Assembly: GCA_965644265.1 (NCBI GenBank)
Contig: OZ286464.1
Coordinates: 30,504,001-30,568,000 of the forward strand
DNA length: 64,000 bases
Reading direction: 5' to 3'
Source: Glycera tridactyla
Taxonomy: Eukaryota
Shown: positions 54,574 to 62,868 of the stretch, piece after piece
Numbering within the stretch: position 1 is the first letter of the stretch
Layout of the letters: each line of letters begins with the position of its first letter
The notes under the pieces: model-generated
What the model saw: only the letters and a program-made list of their open reading frames with translations
Told to the model about the DNA's origin: nothing
The model's database searches: none
Position numbers and translations under genes: made by a program

Positions 54574-57568
54574 TAAGTATGCCCGCTCTCATTCCACCCG
54601 GCCTTTACATGGCCCCGGGGTCTCCGATTGTCCGGGGGTGCATGTGAATCAGCCGAACTAGTTTCACTTTCTATTTCTACTAGTCTAATACCAACTCCCT
54701 GCTTCCATGTTACCACATCTTACTCCCCTCATCATAATACAATTTTTAGTCGAACATTTCCTCGGCTGGCTCATAAGACTTATCAGTTAACCTGGCCAAC
54801 ATAACCGCTCGCATTCTTTGGAGCGGTTTTATCTAGGTCAGCTGCCGGATCGTTTGCCGTCGCCGCCACCACCTGGTGGGTTCGGGCGGTATTACTCTCT
54901 CTCGAGTCCCCCACCATGTCGCTACGACTTTGGGCAGGTCTGACTCCGCCTAGCTCCTTTCTAGCCTCTTTAGGCTCTTTCATTGAATTGTCGGCCGCTA
55001 AAGAGCAGCCAGGGAAGATAGGAGAGGACATGGTGAGGAGGTAAGGTGGATACCAAATCCAAAGGATTGGAAAACATGGGACTCTTGCCAGGCCAACGCC
55101 TAGGAAGAGGGCTCAACAGCCAGGACAGAATCGCTCAACAGCGCGGAGGAATCGAAGCTCGAGAGCTTTGATGAAGAAGGCCAAGTCAACCTCAGCACAA
55201 GCTTGACAGCTTTGAGGTGTTGAAGGGTATGAAGGAACTGGATGGTCATGCAGGCAATGCTTACCCAGCAGACTGGACCTTCTGGAGGAAGGAAGAAGGA
55301 GGAAGGAGGTGCGTCAAGTAAGACGAGAGGAAGGAAGGACCAGGAGGACAAGGATGTATCAGAGCCCCTTCAACTACTCCGGTTAAAGGGGACATGAATG
55401 GCTAGGAGAGAGGGCCCCCCGGCTCTCTCTCCCAACCACCAATCATCCTCTCTTTAGGGAGAGCGTGGTGACACCTGTAAAAGTATGTCCACTCTCAACC
55501 CGATCTGCCTTCTCATATACCTAAGCATTCCTCTTTTAATGGCTATATGAACCGCTCCCTCATCCTCTTTCTCCTATATTCTATAATACTTCCTAATTTT
55601 TCTCCGAGTTCCCAATTTACCCAAATATTCCTTCAACGATATTCAAAATTATCGTGAAATCCGTTTGTCTCTATCTAGTCGTGAATTTTTACTAGAATTA
55701 TTTTAGTAGGGCGGTATGGTGTGATTTGTCAAAAAGTCGACATTTGACCTGACATCACCCCGATCACTGCTCCATCTCCTGGCTCGAATCCGGAAGTATA
55801 TATAACTGTATTACTCACTAGGTTGCGGTTGCCCTATTTGAACTCTTCAGGGCCACAACTCCTTCATGATGCCTGCAGACGTATAAATGAGATATACATC
55901 CCAAAAGCGCCCTGCGCTCACTATTAAGAGTCAAAAATTAATGTTTTCAACTGGTAAGACACAGCAACGAGCCCATCCACGTGGCCTACCACCTAGAAAA
56001 GCGGTACAACTGGTTTTAGCATGCCAGACGAACCCCAGTTCTGGGCGACTTATACAATAGAAGTCGAGACCGCTTCAATTGCGCCCTTTTCGATGGTAAA
56101 CGGAATGGAGAGGTATATCATTGCTGCATCAATATTCCACAACTTGCAAATGGGCTTTTTCATGGATGGGTGACCATGCGAAGAAAGCCTATGGCTTTCT
56201 TTTAAGTAGAAAGTGAGAAATGATAGAAAAGACCGCAGGAGATAGAGAGAGAGAAAGAGGAGAATAGACACATGTCAGAAAGAGAGAGAAAGAGAGAGAG
56301 AACACACAATAATCACTACAACATCAACCATCCCCCCATCACGCTCACTGGCATGTCCATTTATGGCAAGAAAACCAATTCATTACGTCTCATGGCACAC
56401 CATCATCAGGCTTGAACTATCCATCATGTTCTGTCTTTCACAATCCTTCTTCATCGCCATATAACTCATTAACCGTCACGTCAGTTTTATGGAGTCATAT
56501 AACACCGTCATAAAATTCTCTTCCTCTTTGGATTATCCAATTTCAATCAACTTGATGATGGAATAACACCACTTTTCGTTGGCATGAATATCCACGAAAC
56601 GTAGCCTTCATACTAACCCACTGGCCCCGATTCCCTGACTACATGTCTTTGCTCAGACTAAACTAGGCCAGTCGGTCTCACGCGCGAAAATACGTATCCT
56701 AAAGCCACAGAATAACACGATATCCCGATATATCCAGGTGTATCATGATATATCCTGGTATATCCCGATGAATATCCCGAACGTCCATTTGATGAGTCCC
56801 AGGGACCCATCAAGTCTCTCACACATCCACCATCCCTGGAACTCAAGCAAATGAACAAACCAGTTAATAGCTGTACACAATCATCGAAATTACCATTACA
56901 AAAATATCTGTGCTTTTTGGTCCAAAAATCCTGCCATCCGTTATCATGCTTTCAGGTATTTGTCTTGGTGCCAACTTCCATACATTTGGAAGCAGGAACC
57001 ATTCAATAATAAATCGATTAAATATCTTACAATATATTGGTGAACGTCATTCTTGAAAACAGTCTAAAAGCCATTAAATATGATCAGAAGAGTGTTTTAC
57101 TACATTGAATATCGATTAAATAGATAGGGCGGTCAAGATCATACAGTCCTTACACACACCCACCCGTACCATACATCAGCCACTCTTCCTTTCATATGAG
57201 TTCCGCCAGGCAACAGCCACGAACATTCGCCCTTCCCCTGGCCATGACTCCAGCACTACACCCGCTGCGAGCCTTGTATAGCTGCCATCTGGTCGGTCTC
57301 CATACACATCTTCCTGGAGGAATCAGTTGCCCAGCATACTGAATCATACAACCTGTTACACTCGGCATTTCACTCCAGGGACACAGCCAAGGACCTCTGG
57401 GCCAGAAACTAGACGATTAATTCCTGGGCCATGGTCCTTACCATCCAATCTGGGCCAGAGAAAAATCGATATCATCCTACAAGTATGCTATATACAAATA
57501 TTTTGGTTCCCAACGTTCGCCTATTCAAGGGACCCCAATTCACCGGTTAAAAGATGTCCCCCTCATCT

Positions 57569-60500
57569 TTATAACCTGACTACTTCTGTCTTGGAATTCA
57601 CCCTTCCGTCACCGATATTCACATACATAGGTACACCATTATGTGGGGCTGTAGCTCGAATCGGTGTATTCCGATTCTCGATCGCATGTCGTGGACTCTG
57701 ATTCATTTCTGGATATAGGATAGGATGCTCGATATCTGGCTTATACACCCCCTTACACGACCATCCATCACAATCCGGTTTGCAGATAGTCGGGATTATG
57801 TAATACCTTCTAGCCATCTCTATCTTGAACACTGCTGTGAAACGACCCTGCAGAATTCGCCTCACTTTAGCAGCTTCACATGGATACAGACATAGTTTTG
57901 AAGGTGGGGTCAATGGTGTGTTTCCCATTCGATTTCCGATAATCAGTCCCTTCCAGGCGGCTGATAAGTAGGACCTACACCTATAGTCCCTAACCTGGTA
58001 AGGACCTGGGACTCCCAGTCCCATCAAATGATAATTTGACATCGCACCAGGCAATTTCATGATCAAAATGTCCTGATATTCCACAAGGTTGCCCAATTCG
58101 AGATACAATTTGCATCTCGTTCGGCAACGATGAGCATACATCTTGTATACTAAATATCCGATTATGACCAAGAGACTAGCCATTGCCAGAAGCGCCATGA
58201 CCCCCAAAACACCTACGTGTTCTTCCTCAATGCAGACTTCTTGAGTTGGTGAATCCACCACTATTCCGTCTATCATGGGGAATCTACTTTTAGTAGGAAC
58301 GGGTGGAGAATGGCCCAAAATTCGTCTGTAAAATTCGTCAGGCAAGTCCTCCAGTCCTTCTGCCTTAGGCAACAATCCTGTCAAAGCATAGGCATTTATG
58401 GTTTTATTCAAAAGTCGATAAGACCGCCACAAATAGATGGTCAATGCCATCGCAGCCATCGCCACCAGGATGCTCAGAATTCCTATGACATTTGAAAGAG
58501 TGAAGAAATCTTCTGCCGAATCCAGATCCCAGGTGCTTTCAGCGACCTGTTTAATAGGACTAACCTCCAACCCTTGTTTGGCTTGCTTCATGACAGAGTC
58601 CAGCTTCATGGAATAGTCATAATCCCGATTCAAATTGACCTCAAATTCTTTGCTCAACATGATTTTTGGCAACCTTGGCAACCACTTCTCATCATATAAC
58701 GTCTCACCATTCACCTCTTCCAAGCTTGCGATATCATAAATATGGGAGATGGCTGCCAGGTTTATGGGATGGATTACTGTGAAGTCCTGATCTTTTGGTA
58801 TACAATTATTGATACGTGGCGGCAGAGCAGCCGCGGAGATGCCATTTGATATATGGATTGCGCATCCACACAGAAGTTCAATTTGGCAGTACACACATCC
58901 ATCTCGTTGTTTAGGCAATTCCGCTCCACAATGCAGGAAAATGCTATCCGCATTGTGAACCAGGACATGGCCACCACCTACATCCACCAAATCCACTACT
59001 GGTTCTGTACTTTCAAATCGAAATCCACATAACTGCATCACTTCCCTCGAATCATCTTGAAAAATGGCCGCCATGCAAGATGGTTTATCCATGTCAAATA
59101 TTTTCATGGACGATGCACACCTGTAAGCTGTAGTATCATCGCACCTGGCTAATTCTTTGTGAGTCATCTCAATATAATTCGCCCTATCTTCTGACACCCC
59201 AAAATACTCCACAGAGGACTTCAGGCGTGTGGTCTGGCTAGAATCATCAACTATGGGTGTATTGTGAATCGCGATAGAATACATCCGAAAATCTTTGGTA
59301 AGGGCTGACAATGGGAAATCCAAAGACACCATCAAACTTTTGCTATTTGTTCTGAAATAATTCACTCGCCCATAGCGGTAGTAAAACTGAGGAGACAGTT
59401 CAGTGAGATGAAAATATGGATGGGAATTTCTCATTTGATCTTGTAGAATTCCGATCGTATCTGTTAACACAGTATGATTCACCAGGTACGGGCTCAACTT
59501 GCCTTGGACCAAGTCATTTACGGCCGCCATAAGATGATCGATTTGCGGATTCAATGTCTGTATTTTCTCGATCATGCTTGCCAAAACCGAGCTGGAGCTG
59601 ATACTGAATTGCATGACTTTCCATAATCTATCATCCACATGCGAGGACAGGTCCTGCAATTGTCCCTGCAATTCCGTATGCAGGGTAGAAATAGTTCCAG
59701 CTACATTAGTGAACCTCTGGGATACTACATCCATAAAGGAGGCAGTTTCTTGTTGGAATTTGGTGAAACGTCTCTCAGCAGTAATCTGCTGGTCGGTGGC
59801 AAACTTTACTACCTTTGCCAATCTATCCACATCATCTCCAGTGGCCAGACCGAATACGTGCTTTCCTACCCACGCAAGCGGATTCCATCTCTTCACCCTG
59901 CCTTCCATAGGAATTTTTGGTATGTATTTTTGCATTATACTTTCAACCTCACCTAATCTCTCATGGACCTGCATAGTTAGTTCAATATACTGGTTGTACT
60001 TGGTTAACTGTCTACTTAATCTACTCCTGACTTCCATCAGGTCTTCCGTAGAAGATTCTTCCAGAAGTTCAGGTTCATCTTGAACCTCCCCTAGCAATCC
60101 TCTCTCAATTTCACGCCTTCTTCTGGCACCCTGTCCCCACTCATCCATCAGGGTTGAGCAAGCAGGGTCAGGACACTTTGCTTCGAATTCATCAAGACAT
60201 TCCTGTACATCATCTTCACAAGATGCCCGAGCCGCTCGCCTTGAACACCTCATCCTCATTCTGGTTCCACTTAATGAATCCGGATCGATATTCGCACCAT
60301 CCTCGTTCATACAGGCCCTGAAATTCACTGAATAGGCCTGATATATTTTTGTATATCTACCATAAGAACTCCAGTTAACGTATGAGGCTACTGCCTGTCG
60401 TTTCTTTCTACCAGGCTGGGTGAGGTTGTGTTTGGTGAGGTCCAAAATGGCGGTTCTCACCAAATTTGCATCCTGCACCATTTGTCTTTGGAAACGTCTA

Positions 60501-60769
60501 AGGAACCTGTCTAACGTATTCGGTTCAGCACAATATTGCTTAGTACAGGTAGTTTCTATATCTCTGAATAATTGCCGTGAAACCATGTCAGGAATCTGTA
60601 CACGGAATACATGTGTCCAACTTGATGATGCTGGATATAATGTTTTCAAGGGATGGAAGCTCACTCCATAGTTCGGTCTACTTACCGAATCTAACGAAGC
60701 CTGAGCCACCACCATCCGTATACTCAAAATGAGCAGGACTATTGGAAATTTTGCCCCTTTCAGCGCCAT
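57569..60769 (-). CDS. env: Envelope glycoprotein precursor, class I/F-type fusion protein-like, 1066 aa
   Basis: ATG at 60769 in good context (GAGAGATGG). Signal peptide MALKGAKFPIVLLILSIRMVVAQA, furin sites RKKR/RRRR/RVKR, hydrophobic peptide WNPLAWVGKHVFGLAT after RVKR, heptad region, Cys-rich ectodomain, TM VIGILSILVAMAAMALTIYLW, second TM. Position 3' of pol. Family assignment is by motif pattern only. Confidence 0.85.
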   Translation of the reverse strand: MALKGAKFPIVLLILSIRMVVAQASLDSVSRPNYGVSFHPLKTLYPASSSWTHVFRVQIPDMVSRQLFRDIETTCTKQYCAEPNTLDRFLRRFQRQMVQDANLVRTAILDLTKHNLTQPGRKKRQAVASYVNWSSYGRYTKIYQAYSVNFRACMNEDGANIDPDSLSGTRMRMRCSRRAARASCEDDVQECLDEFEAKCPDPACSTLMDEWGQGARRRREIERGLLGEVQDEPELLEESSTEDLMEVRSRLSRQLTKYNQYIELTMQVHERLGEVESIMQKYIPKIPMEGRVKRWNPLAWVGKHVFGLATGDDVDRLAKVVKFATDQQITAERRFTKFQQETASFMDVVSQRFTNVAGTISTLHTELQGQLQDLSSHVDDRLWKVMQFSISSSSVLASMIEKIQTLNPQIDHLMAAVNDLVQGKLSPYLVNHTVLTDTIGILQDQMRNSHPYFHLTELSPQFYYRYGRVNYFRTNSKSLMVSLDFPLSALTKDFRMYSIAIHNTPIVDDSSQTTRLKSSVEYFGVSEDRANYIEMTHKELARCDDTTAYRCASSMKIFDMDKPSCMAAIFQDDSREVMQLCGFRFESTEPVVDLVDVGGGHVLVHNADSIFLHCGAELPKQRDGCVYCQIELLCGCAIHISNGISAAALPPRINNCIPKDQDFTVIHPINLAAISHIYDIASLEEVNGETLYDEKWLPRLPKIMLSKEFEVNLNRDYDYSMKLDSVMKQAKQGLEVSPIKQVAESTWDLDSAEDFFTLSNVIGILSILVAMAAMALTIYLWRSYRLLNKTINAYALTGLLPKAEGLEDLPDEFYRRILGHSPPVPTKSRFPMIDGIVVDSPTQEVCIEEEHVGVLGVMALLAMASLLVIIGYLVYKMYAHRCRTRCKLYLELGNLVEYQDILIMKLPGAMSNYHLMGLGVPGPYQVRDYRCRSYLSAAWKGLIIGNRMGNTPLTPPSKLCLYPCEAAKVRRILQGRFTAVFKIEMARRYYIIPTICKPDCDGWSCKGVYKPDIEHPILYPEMNQSPRHAIENRNTPIRATAPHNGVPMYVNIGDGRVNSKTEVVRL

Positions 60770-60779
60770 CTCTCGGGTT

Positions 60780-60800
60780 CTGCAACAACCAAGAGATGAA
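60780..60800 (-). promoter_or_regulatory. Probable splice acceptor for subgenomic env mRNA
   Basis: TCATCTCTTGGTTGTTGCAG| ends 10 nt upstream of the env ATG. Confidence 0.5.
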
Positions 60801-61095
60801 TCTAACTGTATCAACCTTCAATTTATTATCACATTCCATCATCAGGTCTACATCTGTATTTCATTCTGTATGAGTCTCACGATTTCGAGCTACATTCTGT
60901 TCCGAAATACTAATTCAAGTGTCTGTCATTTTCTTTCAGATAGACCGCTGACTTACGGATTATCCGCTATATACATCATATCACAGCCTATGTTTCAAGC
61001 TCACAGTCTATTTGGTGTCCATCTCCACCACATTGACTTACAACTCTACTACTACCACCACCACTCCTTCTTCAGCACCCTACACCAATCTCCTC

Positions 61096-62061
61096 ATGGA
61101 TTCGGGAGACAATCTCTACGACTGCCTGATATCCATACTCCGCAACTTATGGAATCACCATGACATTACCAGGGTGGACATACTAGCAGGCCGTGACGTA
61201 ACCATCGTCATCCTAAACCAGGCCGGGTCAAGTCAGGAGATAATGGCCAATACCATATCGAATACTGCCATCAGCCCATTCTACACAGTACACCTCATCC
61301 TATGGATGGGTTGGGGTCAGATGCTAACCACTTCAAGGGACATCGCTTATTGTCTTCGTTACAATAGTAGACGGGACTTGAGAAGAGCCATGTCTTGGCC
61401 TTCAGAAATTCCCTTGGCCGATGCACCCAGCGCTCCTGGATCCCATTTAAGACATCCCCCTGTCAGACCCGGAAGAGTAGTCCGACCCTTAGGACAGTCC
61501 CCGGATGATGAGGTCTGGTCCTCGGACGAATCCACCGACGACACACCACTCCAGGTGTCCTCACAGGTCCCAGAAGCAGTACCAGGACATTCATCACAAA
61601 TGGAGTCGGAAAACCAGCAAGTTTCCTCGTCCTGGTCGCCTCCAGCTCCACCCTCCTGGTCAAGACAGGTTATACTCAGTTCACCAATGGAACCTAGGTT
61701 AGGAGCAACCCAGGCATCAACCTCCAGGGCATCTCCCTCATCAGCTCGTGTAGTCTCGCTATCGTTAAACGAACTTTCTATTCCTCGATCTCCTCAGTAC
61801 TCACCACCCCCTTCTTGGGGCTATGACCCTCCACTGCCAGTTAGTAGCTCTGCGGGAATGGAGGAGTTAGAAGAAAGCGATGTCCCTGAACCAGAAAATA
61901 TCCCTGGTCCAGCCAGTGGTTTTCCTATCATCGCCAGTCCTTCCCTGGACGAAAACCAGGCATCTCTCCCAGGACATGACCCTGTCAACAATTTGAACGG
62001 TCCCGAACCCATGGTAAATGGCATCGATGGATCCAGTTCCGAATCTGAGGAAGTGGAATAG
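61096..62061 (+). CDS. Antisense accessory ORF of the retroelement, 321 aa, unknown function
   Basis: ATG at 61096 (frame open from 61012) to TAG at 62061. About 105-aa N-terminal globular-looking region, then a Pro/Ser-rich region and acidic tail. The opposite strand has only short ORFs (67 aa or less). Confidence 0.7.
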   Translation: MDSGDNLYDCLISILRNLWNHHDITRVDILAGRDVTIVILNQAGSSQEIMANTISNTAISPFYTVHLILWMGWGQMLTTSRDIAYCLRYNSRRDLRRAMSWPSEIPLADAPSAPGSHLRHPPVRPGRVVRPLGQSPDDEVWSSDESTDDTPLQVSSQVPEAVPGHSSQMESENQQVSSSWSPPAPPSWSRQVILSSPMEPRLGATQASTSRASPSSARVVSLSLNELSIPRSPQYSPPPSWGYDPPLPVSSSAGMEELEESDVPEPENIPGPASGFPIIASPSLDENQASLPGHDPVNNLNGPEPMVNGIDGSSSESEEVE

Positions 62062-62868
62062 GTGGACCACCTGACACTCCTACAATTTCAGTCTCACTTA
62101 CTGTAAATATCCCCCTCATCGAGAGATACATCCATCAACTTTGTATATACATCCTACACTACACACCCTGTTTTCTTGTCACAAATATATATACATATAT
62201 ACTCTTTACGGAACAGAACCCGTTCCTTGAATACCTCACGTCTGGGACTTGAAAGATAGCAGATAGAGATGAGTTTCTGGCACAACGGATGTTTCTCTGC
62301 GTCGCACCCTTACAAGGTGAGTTACAGTCACATCTTTGAACACATTCTTTAAGGACCAAGATGGCAGGCCCCACGATCAGGCCTTCGATCGATTTACACA
62401 TACAACAAAATTTTAGGGACGTCCCATTTCTCGAAACAGCATACAAGAGACCATTTTGGCTTGGACTTGTTACTAGCGTCCTGGTCCCGGCCTTCCGCAG
62501 TGGCCAGATCTGATGCCCTATATCACTTCAACATTGTCAACCTTCTATACATCCGGGCTCACGATCTTTGATTATCGCTGTCACCTAACCCGCCAACTCC
62601 AGGCGTGTTCACTTCCTAGGTTGCCACGATTCTGTCGGTGACTATTCAATTGAATCTCACATCATCATAACACTATATATACACTTTCTGAATATATCAT
62701 ATCAGAATTCGTGGCATTAATTATCTCCCCTCAACCTAGGTGTGAAATGAGCTCATGTTAGGATTTTTCTGGGGCTTTCTGAGAAAGGTGAATTCATCAA
62801 GATACGAAAAGGACTTGTTACTATCGTCCCGACTATATACATTATTCTCAAAGGGGCGCTAACGATTT

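Noticed and set aside
54717-54730. Alternative 3' LTR start (GAGGGGAGTAAGA-TGTGGTAACA), giving a 2.3-3.3-kb LTR ending at 52424 or 51435
   Set aside because: The ~655-bp internal duplication runs continuously across this point, and the 52507-53223 model has matching TGTAT/ATACA ends, an abutting PPT and a normal U3-R-U5 layout. Not fully excluded until the 5' LTR is seen.
62159-62446. 95-aa Cys-rich minus-strand ORF between pol and the antisense gene
   Set aside because: Starts at TTG with no upstream ATG before an in-frame stop, and the length is within chance expectation. Worth revisiting only if spliced reads appear.
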